Shown here piece by piece: positions 41,477 to 55,833 of a stretch of 64,000 bases of DNA. The notes beneath the pieces are model-generated. The model was not told where the DNA came from. It saw nothing but the letters and a program-made list of their open reading frames with translations, and made no database searches. The DNA comes from Octopus vulgaris (Eukaryota), in the NCBI GenBank assembly GCA_951406725.2, contig OX597842.1, forward strand, positions 4,588,001 through 4,652,000, given 5' to 3'. The translations under genes and the position numbers were made by a program. The number at the start of each line of letters is the position of its first letter. The stretch's first letter is position 1.

Positions 41477-42605
41477 CACTTGCATACAAGGGTAGACACA
41501 AAGGTAAATTTGAGGGGTTTCTTGTGGATGCGGGATGGTTATGAAAAAAGAAAAAAAAAGGGTCAGAATGGTGTTCCATGGTGGTGGTGGTGGTGGTGGT
41601 GATGTGGAATGGTGGGCTTTTCCTCTTCAAAATAAAAACAAAAGTTGTATAAATAAATAAAAAATAATGATAGCCTTAATATATACATATATGAGTCTAG
41701 TTGCTCAGTTAAGCAAAAAAATGAATATTGTATACATGTATGTATACATATATATACATATATATAAATATACACTTATACATATATTTATATATGTGTA
41801 TACTTACACACATACACACACAAACACATACATATATAGATATATGAATGCACATGCATGCATATGTATATATATTTGCACTAACACACACACACACACA
41901 CATATATATATTCACACATACCTGCATATATATATATATATGTACACACATTACACACTTATAAATTTATATATATATATGCATACACACATGTATACAT
42001 TTATATACATATATATACATATATATATATATACATATATACATATATGTTGTGTTGAATGAAATGGCAAAAAAGAAATCAAAAGAAAAAAATTAATGAT
42101 AAATGAAGAATTGCATTGAAAAATTAATGTTAATTAATTATTGAATTATTTACTTAACTAATTAATTGATTGATATGTGAAAACTAACAACAGCATGAGA
42201 ACATATGATGGAGAAAGAAGCTGTTATAGTCATGATGATTAACGAACAACCAACAGGAGGTCAAGAAATTTGGAATATTATTAATTATAATGAGATAGAA
42301 GAAGAGGGAAATGAGATGATAAGGAAAAGGAAATCAATATTGCCCCCACCACGACCACCACCACCAGCCTGGGATGGATGGGGATGAAAGGAGAAAAGAA
42401 ATGAGATTAAAAACAAAGACATAGATATGTACATAGATATATTTGAGTGTATCTGTGTGTATACATATATAGATATATATATATACCTGTGTGTGTCTGT
42501 GTAGTATATATATACCTATTTATAATTACATATATATATATACATTTTATATAGGTATATATATGTATATATAAATATATAGGTATATATACCTATATAG
42601 GTATA

Positions 42606-42685
<80 letters not shown>

Positions 42686-45600
42686 TATATATATATAGGT
42701 AAATATACCTGTATATATACATATATGTAAATAGACATACACATATATATATATATATATATATTTATTTATGTATGCGGTGGAGGTGTACCTCTATAGA
42801 TGTGTACATTTATACATGCACATATATTTTTTTGTGTGTGTGTATGTATATATATATATATGTATGTATGTATGTATGTATATGAATGAGTGGACAAACA
42901 AAGTGGCATTTGGCACATTTGTAGGAGTTATATGTATTTTTTGATAAGTTTGACTCAGCTCCCTGGAAGCTAGAGTTTTATGGGCCTGTTGAACGAACCT
43001 GACTTGGCAGGGGCCTGATGAAACTGACCCTACGAAACTCTTAAGTCGCATGAAGCTGAGTGGGGCTGGTATTGAATAGTATATAAGTATATACACACTC
43101 AGACACTCACATTTGTACATGTCTGTATGTATATGTGTGTGTATATTATATATATATATGTGTGTGTGTGTGTATGCATGTACTCTATACATACAGGTGT
43201 TTGTGTATATGTATGTATGTATATATACATATGATTGTATATGAAATGGAGGAACAAATGCTTTGTAAAACAATAATGTTATGGTGATGATGATGATGAT
43301 AAGAATATAACAATGATGATGATGATGATGGTGATAGCGTTGGCATAGAAACGGTAACACACTGAAACGTTAAATGCCTTAACTTCTGAAACAGTATTTA
43401 GGTTTGTCCAGCCGAGATCCAGCAGGGGATAGAGGTTCAATCCACACCAGCAGTCCTATGATATTGGGATTGGTGACAGGGTAAGTAACGATGGTCGTGG
43501 CGGTGGTGGTGGTGGTGGTGGTGTTAAGGGTCATGCTTGACATTGTTCTTGTTGTCCCTGCTGCACCTTAATCGACCCCTAAACAGTGGTGGGCACTCAG
43601 GTCAATATACATGTCCTATCTTTTAAGGAACCATCACTTTACCCCCTGAATATCTGTGTATATTTGTATGATATTGTGTGTGTTTGTGTGTCAGTCTACA
43701 CGTATTCCCTCCAATGTCCAGTCCATTGCTGTATGTTATGTATGCATGTATGAATGTATGTATAAATGTATGTTTTTCTTTTTTTTTTCTTTTTTTTTTT
43801 TTGGTGGTCTTTGTTATAATGTGGTCCACATTTGATCCAGCAGACTTATGACCCACAAATGAAATATTCAAAATAAACATTTATAGACATACACACACAT
43901 ATTAAAGCTATCCATCACACATGCCTGTACAAACATGTCCTCTGTCTCCTGGTTAGATTATCCAATCAAGGCCCTGCTCTCATTCAATGCAGCAACTGCA
44001 GGCTGGAAGAGGCCTTGTGACAAGCCCCACACTAGATGGCTAGACATCACCTTGGAGGATGCAGAGGGGCTCAGGAGCACTAGTGGACATGGTCAGCTCT
44101 ATAGATGATGATATCTCTGGGACCATTAACCTGGGATTATCCTAGCCTCGTTATGAATGAACATAAAACCAGACCAAGAAGCCCTATATTATGTTAACAC
44201 CTAGAAGATGCTTCTTTTCCATTCATCAGGTGTTTTGACCCTGAACTGTAACAGCCTCCCTTTGGTGGGTCAGCAGAGGTGGCCAAATCACTGCTCCTCA
44301 TCTCTTCCTGGCTTCCAGCTTAACGCCTCTCTCTTGCTCCATAACCAACAAGAGGCTCTTTCTACTGACTCTCCCATCTAGTGCACGGCCACCCTTTGCG
44401 CTTTCCCTTTCAATTCAATGACTGTAAGCATCCTCCGACAGCTGACCTCAACTGGGAAAAGCCCTGCCTACCATGCCCTTCCCTCTGCAATTCTGCAGAA
44501 GGCTCGCATATATGGTACCTGGTTGAGAACTATCATAATAAGAGTTAGATTTTGAGAGTTGGACAAGGGGGCTGCTCTGCAACTACGTGACCCCTAATTC
44601 ATGTAGCTATCACTAAACAGCAACACCCGTGACCCACCTACATCATCCTTTCCCACAAAAATATATTTTTGCCTTTCATTTAAACTTGCCTTCGTCCAAG
44701 TTGCCCAACAAACCAAAAACAAAGAAAGGATAATGATTTTTGTTTTTTATTATTTAAAAAAATTTTTTTCTTAAATAATTCAACCAAACTTTTCAAAACC
44801 ATTGTCCCAACCAAAAGTTAATCCTTAAAAAAATATCAACATTAATTACTGAAGATGAAAATTTGGAGATACATATATATCATTAGTTCATCCATTGTTG
44901 TCACATGGAAGAAGAAAACAGTGCATGGTGTGTCCAGCTGTGACCAATCAGTCCAGTGCATACTCAGGGGGCTCTGTTGGTCCTGAAGGCAAAGAGTTGG
45001 CTCTGGACTTGTGCAGTTTGCTTTTTCTTTGGGCCCTTCCAATCCTGTTCATCACAGGTGACACCTTTGTTGGTGCAGTTTTGCCAGTCAGAGCAGCCTT
45101 GTACTTGCATTTCTCAATTATCAGGATTTATCTCCAAGATATTCAGTGGCGCTTTGAGTGTATCCTTGAAGTATATGTCTATAGATATATATATTTCATT
45201 TCGATTTGTCCCAAACCATGTGCTCTTAATATTTCTAAATATTTTGTACCAATCTTTTTCTCCTTTCACTCCTGCTCTTTATTTCTTGATACATTTGACC
45301 ATCTCCCCTTAATCTACCTTCAAACGTTTTTTGTTATCCTTTCCGGATCTATAGTTCTTCCTTTCCGAATCAATATAATAAGTACCAGTTGTGAACTGAA
45401 ATCAATGTAATCAACTTAAACTCCCTCCTCCAAAGTTTCTGGCCTTCGCTAAAATTTGAAGACTGGCAGAATCATTAGCATGCACAGGTGTAGCTGTCTG
45501 GTAAGAAGTTTACTTACTAACCACATGGTTGCAGGTTCAGTCCCACTGTATGGCACCTTGGGTAAATGTCTTCTACTATAGCCTCAAGCCGACCGAGTCC

Positions 45601-47424
45601 TTGTGAGTAAAATTGGTATATTGAAAGGAACCTGTTGCATATGTGAGTGTGTGTTTATGTGTATATATATGTATATATATTGTGTGTCTTTGTTTCTGTG
45701 TTTGTCTCCCACCGCCACTTGACAACCAGTGTTGGTGTGTTTACATCTCCATGACTTAGCAGTTCAGCGAAAGATTGATAGAATAAGTGCCAAGCTTAAA
45801 AAGAAAATACATTCTGGGGTCAATTAGTTTGACTAAAAATTTCTCAAGGCAGTGCTCCAGCATGGCTGCAGTCTAATGTCTGAAACAAGTAATAGGTAAA
45901 TGCTTAATGGCATTTCTTCCAGTTTCTTTCATTCTGTGTTCAAATGCTGCTGAGGTCAAGATTGCCGTGTGTCCCTTCAGGGTCAACAAAATAAGTATAA
46001 GTACCATCTTGGAACTGTGGCCAATGTAACCAACTCATCCCCACCAACTAAAATTTCAGGTTTTGTGCCTATACTAGAAATTATAATTAGCTGGTAGAAT
46101 TCTTACGACACCAGTCAAAATGCTTGGTGGTATTTCATCTGTCTTCACATTCTGAGTTCAAATTCCACCAAGGTCAACTTTGCCTTTTATCCTTTCAGGG
46201 TTGATAAAATAAGCCCCAGTTGAGAACTGGGGTCAAATTAATCAACTTGACCCATCTCCCAAAGTGCTGGCCTTGTGAAAAACTTTGAAATCATTATTAT
46301 TATTATTATTATTAGCTGGCAGAATTGTTCGCTTGCCAAGCTGAATGCTGAGTGGTATTTCACCTGTCTTTATGTTCTGAGTTCAAATTCTGTCGAGGTT
46401 GAATTTGGCTTCCATCCTTTCAAGGTCAAAATAAGTAGCAGAAAAGTAATGGGGTCGATGTAATCAATTTACCACCTCCCAGAAATTGCTGGCCTTGTGC
46501 CAAAATTTGAAATCATTATTAGCAATATTCTTGCCTTTTTCTTTTCATAAATATTTGCTGCTGTCTTTTTTGATGGGTGAGGTAGAGGGACCCTTTGTTT
46601 TAATCATTTCTTTCATATATATATATGTGTATATATGTATATACATGCATTTAGCCTCTTTCATCTTGCCTTGATGTCCCTCTTCTAATTTACTAAAGGC
46701 ACTCTAAGGCTTTTGTAATGCTGTTGTAGTACAGCAACATTGGCTTATGTATATTATATAAATATACATGGTTATTATCAGTGTTATTTTTCAGCAGTTT
46801 AAATAAGACTTTTGACTGTTATTTCCATCAAGTAGACATACTCAGTATGTCCTTTGATCAATATATATATCTGTACGTATATATGTGTGTGTGCATGAGT
46901 ATCCTTGTTATGAGATGGGTTTACAAGTGCTGCAAATTTTCTGCTTTACTTTTGTATATGTGAGATGTTTAAAAAAAATCTATGAATATTTGAAGACCAC
47001 TAGATCTTGTCAGTTTCTTTTTCCTTTCCTCCAGTACCACCATGACCACCACCACAGCCACTAATCCCAGTAGTATCAACATCAATGGAGGTCACTCAAC
47101 TTGGTAGAAATAGTATCCTCTTGTCCCTCTTGTTACAGCTCACTCTTTTAAAAACAATAAGAACTTGTTAGAAAACACAGTCGTGGATATATTTTCTAAA
47201 ATGACAGGATGTTTAAGTGACCCCTAATTCAGGACTTGTGTGGGGGCTACATAACTGTAACCACTAAAACTAACCAGTATAGCATACTCTCGATACACTA
47301 TGAATAAAAATTGGATGGTTACAGGTCTGCGGGATCAGGTCTGACCTAGGGCTAAACAGCAACTATAGCCACTAATACTACTATCCTATGCATTAGATAA
47401 TTTAGTCCTAGATACACTATGTCA

Positions 47425-47635
47425 AGGTGGCGAGCTGGCAGAACCGTTAGCACGTCGGGCGAAATGCTTAGCGGTATTTCATCTGCCACTACGTTCTGAG
47501 TTCAAATTCTGCCGAGGTCAACTTTGCCTTTCATCCTTTTGGGGTCGATTAAATAAGTACCAGTTATGCACTGGAGTCGATATAATCGACTTAATCCTAT
47601 TGTCTGTCCTTGTTTGTCCCCTCTGTGTTTAGAAA
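47425..47635 (+). mobile_element. tRNA-derived SINE family 1 with a 16-bp target-site duplication
   Basis: tagatacactatgtca at 47409-47424 and 47636-47651 flanks the element. Confidence 0.9.
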
Positions 47636-49725
47636 TAGATACACTATGTCAGAATATAAGATGGGTTGATCACAGTTGGATCATCTTTGATCATAGGTCT
47701 GCTGGATCAAGACTAGCCTGTGGCTAAACATCAACAACTACAGCCACTAACACTAACACTAACTACTATCCTATATCCTTGTGTCTGAATATAAGATGGG
47801 ATGGTCACAGCTGGGGCATCTTTGATCATAAGTCTGTTGGATCAGGAAACACCTGGGGCTAAACAACAGCTAGAGCCACTAACACTAACCACGTACATCA
47901 AAATACTGGATACACTATGCCAGAATATAAGATGGGATGGTCACAGCAGGAACATCTTTGATCATGGGTCCACTGGATCCAAGAGTAATTGCACAGCATT
48001 TAGAGGACCAAGTCATTGTTTGAAATCTGGTATAGTTGTGATGGTAGGGTTCTGCTGTACCAACCTCAGTCCTCTCAACCCCCTGCCACATTGAAGGTTG
48101 GGAGGTCACAAAAAAGGGTTTGTGTCCCACACCCCTGTTTTGTTTACCATTGTTACTTATTACATAATTTTAGGGTTTAAATTTTATTCTTGCCAATCAC
48201 CCCACAAAAGCAATGGATCAACAAAGGGTACTTTTTTATGTGGCCACTTGACACACTAGACATAGCAGCCAAACCTCCCTTAAACTATGTCCTGCAATAT
48301 TATGAAAGAAACACCTTGGGGTAAAGGCGGGACTGGTGTACGACACTATTCCAGACAGTAAAGATGAAATGGTCATTGTTGGACTGTCAATAGCCAACTT
48401 CCCCATCTCAAATCATGCATTATCATTTCTTAGAAAAAAAATTGAACAAATGGAAAGATGTATTGAGTGATGTGGTCTGATGAAAACTCAGTGATTGCCA
48501 TGGGTGGATTGGCATTTGATCTGGTTTCTCTGATTAATCCAACTCTATTCATTTAATGTACATGTTTGCCTGCTTTAAGTTTGGGAATGAAAACAACATG
48601 CTTTTTCACACACACACTGGTATAAGTGTATATATATATATATTTATATTCATACACACACACATCCCACTCACCACTCCTGTATGTATGATATATGTAT
48701 TTGTATACACACACACACACACATATGTGTGTGTGTGTAGGGGAAGGGGAGATGCATTCACTGCCAAATAAGGAAATTGAGCTCTCACCACTACCACTGA
48801 GGGAACTTCTACTTGGTAACTCAATCTGCTAAAAATAGCAGCTAAATTTCTCTCAAATCTCACCTTCCTGTCTTCAAACAAAAATGAAAAAATTAAACAA
48901 ATCACATTAGATTGTATGTACAAAGAAAATAATCAGACAGGATGGTCAGTTTTGGATATGTCTGTCTTCTGAGTCAGTACTGACTGGCTGGGGCAGGTGG
49001 TGGGAGGAGGGACTAAACAACTGCCACCACCACCACCAATTCCAAGGATATTTTTATCTGACCCCTGCTGTCTGCACAACACAAACAACAACAACAACAA
49101 GCAACAATGAGTTTTGTTACAATTAACCTTTCCCCCACCCCCTGCCTCACCACTGAGATGAGGGGAACAAACGACCATCACCGAAACACACACCTTCCCC
49201 CACCCCCCAACCCCCCTTCAAAAAAATTTATTTTAAAAATAAAGAACGGTTCCAACTCCTGTAGTGAAGGAAGTAATAATAACAACAACAATAATAATAA
49301 TAAACTTTGTTTTTGCCAAAAAATATATAAATAAAGAGCCTGCCATTGGGTAGGATTGAACCTCAAAATCTTCTGGATTGCTAACAGTCAGCATCTTTAA
49401 ACTTCTGCCAACGGATGTGATAAATCGAATTGAAATTTTAAAAAAATTTTATTGATTAAAATAATAAAAAAACAAAATCATTTTCTTTTGTCTTAAAGTG
49501 TTGTTTATTTTTATTTTTCTTCTCTGCATCTTTTTCTTGTCGCTGTAAATAATTTTGATGTAAATAATTTTTGGTGTTAGCATGATCCGATTTGAATTTT
49601 TTCTTCTACGGAAGGAAGAGCAAGCCTTCTTCTATCAAACTCTCAATTTTGGTCAACTTGCACCGCAAGGTCTCAGAGGACATAGTGTTAGTTGAAAGCT
49701 GCCAAACCTGCCATACACAGACAAC

Positions 49726-49758
<33 letters not shown>

Positions 49759-50433
49759 TATATATATATATGTATAAAATATATATTTGGAATATATATT
49801 ATCATCATTTAACATCCCTCTTCCATACATGCATGGGTAGGATGGATGACAGGAGCTGGCCAGATAGGAAACTATCTTAGACTGCTGTGTCTGTTTTGAC
49901 AGGTTTTTACAACTGGATGCCCTTCCAAATGCCAACAACTTTACAGTGTGGACTGGATGCTTTTTACATTGCTGCAGCACTGGCAAGGAATTTTGAGAGG
50001 GGCAGGGACATTTGAGGAGGGGAACTCATGTCAGAGGATGAAAGGTGGGACAGAGGGAGACAGAAACAGGTGTCTGGCTATAACAGGGGCCTAACATTCA
50101 AAGATAATTCTTCATCACCTCATCCCATGTCTTCCTGAGTCTACCTCTTCTGCAGGTTCCCTCCACAATTTTAAATATGTAATTATGTAAATAGTGATAA
50201 TAATAATTATAAGTTTTCAATGTATATTGGCCGAAGAAAAGTTGGTGTAATTGGTTAGCACACTTATGAATATAAGAAGTGGGTTTGCTTCTCATGCATA
50301 CTAATTCCCACTTTTTGCCATCAAGGGCTTAGATGCCCCAATATTGGACCATGTTCAGTGATTGCTTAAAGTTTATAATCATTATTATTATTTATAGAAT
50401 TTAATGCAGAATATATAATTATATACATCGTCT

Positions 50434-50468
<35 letters not shown>

Positions 50469-50469
<1 letters not shown>

Positions 50470-50820
50470 CTAGCAGTATCGGGTTTGTTTCGACCCTTTA
50501 GAATTGGAATTTTTGAAAAGTCAAAATTTTGCTTTATGTAGCTAGTTATTCTCTTTAAGTGAACATTTTTCTGGTTGAAATACACCAAAAAATGGTGACA
50601 CAGCAGTCAAAAAATCATAAAAAATAGGGATATTCATAGAAAAAAAGTACCATTTTCATGTAAATAATTTTTGGTGTTAACATGGTCCGATTTGAATTTT
50701 ATCTTCTGCGGAAAGAAGAGCAAGCCTTCTTCTATCATACTCTCAATTTTGGTCAACTTGCACCGCAGGGTCTTGGAGGAGAAAGTGTTAGTTGAACCTG
50801 CCATACACAGACAACTATAT
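50469..50820. mobile_element. Non-autonomous Helitron-like element inserted in TA repeat; second partial copy at ~49550-49725
   Basis: Starts actagcagtatcggg, ends acagacaactatata; ~170 bp are shared with 49550-49725. Classification is from end motifs only. Confidence 0.5.
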
Positions 50821-51869
50821 ATATATATATATGTATTGTATAAAATATATATTTAGAATATATATTATATATAAAATAAATGTGTGTGCACACAAACATG
50901 CAGTGAACCTAGACTAAGCTAACATAAGATAAGTGATTACGTTGCCAAGAAGGTGAGACAAATGGTAAGAGGGGAGCTTGACTGGTCCTGTCTAATATCT
51001 CCTTAATAGATGTCTTAGCATATGTGTAACAGCAAGGGACTGAAAGGCTTTGGCTCCGCTCCGCTTGGTGACTAGGAATGCTTTTCGACAAGGGTACAAC
51101 AGGGGTAAGTCTGATATCAAAAGGATCACGCTGGTTGATGATACAAAAACATTTACATTTCGTGTCATGCTGTGAATATCTCCTGGAGGGAAGCCCCAGG
51201 GTGGGTCAGAAATGGTGGTGGTGGTGGTGACGGAGCTGGGGGGTGTTGAGAAAGAAAAAGGGTAGGTTCATGTGAGAGAGAGAGAGATCTTTATGTGATA
51301 GAAGAGGTGCAGGGGGGAAATGCAAACATATTAAGTGGATAGAGAGGGGATTAGAATGATGGATGGTGGGGTGAAGATTTTAGATAGTAACGGGAGGGGT
51401 GAGTGAGAGGGCCAGCATTAAGAAATGGATGGGTAAATGATAGATGTAGTGGGGTGGATGGGTGGGATGGTGAGGGTGGCTGCTTAAAAAGGATAAAAAA
51501 GAGGGAGGATGGTGGGGGAATAGATTGTCAGGGGGATGAGAAGCAATCAGGTGGTGGTGGTTTGGGTGATGGTGGTGGTGGTGGGGTTGGGTAGCTTTTC
51601 AAATAAGTCATTGCAGAAATTTGAGAAGAGCTGGGGAATTTGTGGTGATGATTGGCAAGAGCAGAAGGGATGAGACAAAGTAGAGGTGGATAGGTGGGAC
51701 AATGAGCATATGGGGGGTGGGGCACAAAGCTGAATGCACCAGATATTATGAAACATCAACACATAAACCGGGTGGTGGGGGGGTAGAGATTGGCAGCTTG
51801 GTTGGTGTGACATGTGAGATCTACTGACAGCATGATGTTATATATGTGTGCATATATATATATATATAA

Positions 51870-52100
51870 GGCGGCGAGCTGGCAGAAACGTTAGCACGCC
51901 GGGCGAAATGCGTAGCCGTATTTCGTCTGCCGCTACGTTCTGAGTTCAAATTCCGCCGAGGTCGACTTTGCCTTTCATCCTTTCGGGGTCGATAAATTAA
52001 GTACCAGTTACGCACTGGGATCGATGTAATCGACTTAATCCGTTTGTCTGTCCTTGTTTGTCCCCTCTGTGTTTAGCCCCTTGTGAGTAGTAAAGAAATA
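51870..52100 (+). mobile_element. Near full-length tRNA-derived SINE family 1 (other copies ~39765-39992, 15965-16135, 19945-20095, 45895-46520, and 605-810 and 28400-28600 on the minus strand)
   Basis: ggcggcgagctggcagaa A box, gagttcaaattcc B box, conserved core gcctttcatcctttcggggtcgataaattaagtaccag. Confidence 0.88.
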
Positions 52101-52394
52101 TATATATATATATATACATATGTGTGTGTGTGTGTGTATGCATGTTTGTGAAGGTGCATGGCTTAGTGGCTAGGGTATTCAGGTCATGAGTTCGATTCCT
52201 GGCATCACATTGTGTCCTTGAGCAAGAAACTTTATTTTACCAAGTTGTACCTGTATTTCAAAAGAGCCAGCCTTGCCCTATTCTGGGTCATGCTGAATCT
52301 CACTGGACTCAGAATGTAAAGAGCTACAAGAAATACCTCTGAGCATTTTGTACAAAGAGCTTTCTGCCAGCAATACTAATGATAATAGTAATAA

Positions 52395-52695
52395 TCATCA
52401 TCATCATCATCGTTTAACATCTGCTTTCCATGCTGGCATGGGTTGGACGATTTGACTGAGGACTGGCAAACCAGATGGCTGCACCAGGCTCCAATCTGAT
52501 CTTGCAGAGTTTCTACAGTTGGATGCCCTTCCTAACGCCAACCACTCTGAGAGTGTAGTGGGGGATTTTACGTGCCACCGGCACAAGGGCCAGTCAGGCG
52601 GAACTGGCAATGGCCACGCTCAAATGGTGCTTTTTATGTGTCACCTTCACAGGAGCCAGTCCAGCGGCACTGGCAACAACCTCACTCAAATGTTT
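52395..52695 (-). mobile_element. Dispersed repeat ending in (GAT)n, RTE-type 3' end (copies ~14600-14815, 15070-15290, 24250-24435, 29250-29445, 35757-35985, 40060-40290, 49800-49985)
   Basis: Shared catcatcgtttaacgtc..ttccatgctggcatgggttgg...ggatgcccttcctaacgccaaccac. Confidence 0.75.
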
Positions 52696-53968
52696 TTTAG
52701 TAATAGTAATAATAGCAAAAGTAATTTTTCAAAATAAACCGAAGTGATATATAAAGATATATTCAGTACATAAAAATGAGAAGTATCTACGTATCTATGT
52801 GTGTGTACTGGACATTGAGATCAAGTGAGCTTTTTGCTCAACATGTAGTTTCCATCCACGCTGAGCTCATCTTGATTTGCATGTTTGAGGCCAAATCAAC
52901 AGGAACCTACACCAATGCTTTTTATATGGCACCATCACCTGTGCCTTTTAAGTGGTACTATCACCAGTGCCTTTTTTTTAAGTGGCACCAACACCCACAC
53001 CAGTGCTTTTTTTACATGGAACCTTGGTTTTAGGATCTCGATTCTAGGGCCCAAGAAGCAATATCACATAACATACCACTTCTGTTGCACTTCGGCGAAT
53101 CTCATTTTCTGAGCCTCGTTTAAAATTTTTGTTAACAATACATTCTTTCTAGAATTTTTGTATTTGACCCGTTTTTGCTTGTTTCGCTATACAATGTGAG
53201 CTATCATATCCGATTTTTCCACACTCAAAACATTTACGATTTTTAAAAGGACAATTACTTCTAAAATGTAAACCTCCGCACACATATTGCAACTGCACCA
53301 CACAAGCCAATAAATCTTCCATGTTAATGATTTTTTGCTTTGATTTTGTACAAAAAAAAACAACAAAATTTTTAACGTCCGACTTTTATACAATTTAGCG
53401 AAGCTGAGGTAAAATCAATGTTGTTCACACGACGTGCTTCGCTAGACTCCAAAATGCCCTTCTCTTTATTATTGCCACAAGGGCTCAACATGGAGGGGGG
53501 ACAAACAAGAACAAACAGGACACCACAGAGGGGACAATACATAGAACGAATATGAATGAAATGATTATGTAATAATGAAATTATGAAATGCAGTACCTTT
53601 AATTTTGTTTACAGTCCATTATTGAATAACAACCAATTAACATGTAACATAACATTGCAAGTCGCTAATCCGTGTATTCTCCAGCGGCCCACATTGGATT
53701 CCTGACACATTGTCTTTCCAAGAAAAACAGACATATTACTCGCTATCCATTGATTCAGGGCTATCTAAACGACAGTCTGGTACTACCAGCGAACAGTGGT
53801 CCCGGTGCGCGCACTCGCGGCTAGCTAGTCGTAAGTGGTTGATCCTACAACGACTTCCGCTTGTGTTTGTATTTCAAGAAATTAAATAATATTTTCCGAA
53901 CAAAGTAAATAAAACGCAAAGGAAATAATCTTTTCAACCAAGTAAACAAAATATTTTTATAAACAAAC

Positions 53969-55833
53969 TAAGGTTAGGGTTAAAAAATTAGGGTTAGGGT
54001 TAAAAAATTAGATCTAGGGTTAGGGTTAGGGTTAAAAAATTAGGTCTAGGGTTAGGGTTAAAAAATTAGGTCTCGGGTTAGGGTTAGGGTTAAAAAATTT
54101 AGGTCTAAAGTTAGGGTAAGGGTTAAAAAATTAGTTCTAGGGTTAGGGTTAAAAAATTAGGTCTAGGGTTAGGGTTAGGGTTAAAAAATTAGGTCTAGGG
54201 TTAGGGTTAGGGTTAAAAAATTAGGTCTAGGGTTAGGGTTAGGGTTAAAAAATTAGGTTTAGGGTTAGGGTTAAAAAATTAGGTCTAGGGTTAGGGTTAG
54301 GGTTAAAAAATCAGGTCTAGGGTTAGGGTTAAAAAATTAGGTCTTGGGTTAGGGTTAGGGTAAAAAAATTAGGTCTAGGGTTAGGGTTAGGGTTAAAAAA
54401 TTAGGTCTAGGGTTAGGGTTAGGGTGAAAAAATTAGGTCTAGGGTTAGGGTTAAAAAATTAGGTTTAGGGTTAAAAAATTTAGGTCTAGGGTTAGGGTAA
54501 GGGTTAAAAAATTAGGTCTAGGGTTAGGGTTAAAAAATTAGGCCTAGGGTTAGGGTTAGGGTTAAAAAATTTAGATCTAGGGTTAGGGTAAGGGTAAAAA
54601 ATTAGGTCTAGGGTTAGGGTTAGGGTTAAAAAATTAGGGTTAGGGTTAAAAAATTAGGTCTACGGTTAGGGTTAGGGTTAAAAAATTAGGTCTAGGATTA
54701 GGGTTAAAAAATTAGGTCTAGGGTAAGGGTTAGGGTTAAAAAATTAGGTCTAGGGTTAGGGTTAGGGTTAAAAAATTAGGTCTAGGGTTAGGGTTAAAAA
54801 ATTATCTCTAGGGTTAGGGTTAGGGTTAAAAAATTAGGGTTAGGGTTAAAAAATTAGGGTTAGGGTTAAAAAATTAGGTCTAGGGTTAGGGTTAGGGTTA
54901 AAAAATTAGATCTAGGGTTAGGGTTAGGGTTAAAAAATTAGGTCTTGGGTTAGGGTTAAAAAATTATCTCTAGGGTTAGGGTTAGGGTTAAAAAATTAGG
55001 TCTAGGGTTAGGGTTAGGGTTAAAAAATTAGGTCTAGGGTTAGGGTTAGGGTTAAAAAATTAGGTCTAGGGTTAGGGTTAAAAAATTAGGTCTAGGGTTA
55101 GGGTTAGGGTTAAAAAATTAGGTCTAGGGTTACGGTTAGGGTTAAAAATAATTAGGTCTAGGGTTAGGTTAAGGTTAGGGTTAAAACATTAGGTCTACGG
55201 TTAGGGTTAGGGTTAAAAAATTAGGTCTAGGGTTAGGGTTAGGGTTAAAAAATTAGGTCTAGGGTTAGGGTTAAAAAATTAGGTCTAGGGTAAGGGTTAG
55301 GGTTAAAAAATTAGGTCTAGGGTTAGGGTTAGGGTTAAAAAATTATCTCTAGGGTTAGGGTTAAAAAATTAGGTCGAGGGTTAGGGTTAGGGTTAGGGTT
55401 AGGGTTGGGTTAGGGTTAGGGTTACAGAATTAGGCCTCGAGTTAGGGTTAGAGTTAAAAAATTAGGTCTAGGTTTAGGTTTAGGGTTAAAAAATTAGGTC
55501 TAGTGTTAGGGTTAGGGTTAAAAAATTAGGTCTAGGGTTAGGGCTAGGGTTAAAAAATTAGGTCTAGGGTTAGGGTTAGGGTTAAAAAATTAGGTCTAGG
55601 GTTAGGGTTAGGGTTAAAAATTTAGGTCTAGGGTTTAGGTTAGGGTTAAAAAATTAGGTCTAGGGTTTGGGTTAGGGTTAAAAAATTAGGATTAGGGTTT
55701 GGGTTAGGGTTAAAAAATTAGGTCTAGGGTTAGGGCTAGTGTTAAAAAATTAGGGTTAGGGTAAAAAAATTAAGTCTAGGGTTAAAAAATTAGGGTTATG
55801 GTTAGGGTTAGAGTTAAAAAATTATGTCTAGGG
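53969..55833 (+). repeat. G-rich telomere-variant array, unit (GGGTTA)2-3 AAAAATTA GGTCTA (26/32 bp)
   Basis: Direct reading; nearly pure TTAGGG run at 55378-55424. Confidence 0.97.

Noticed and set aside
44895-45410. 171-aa hydrophobic ORF
   Set aside because: No recognisable motif, T-rich composition, and it runs into a SINE fragment.
51870-51960. tRNA gene
   Set aside because: A and B boxes are present but there is no cloverleaf; it is the head of a multicopy SINE.
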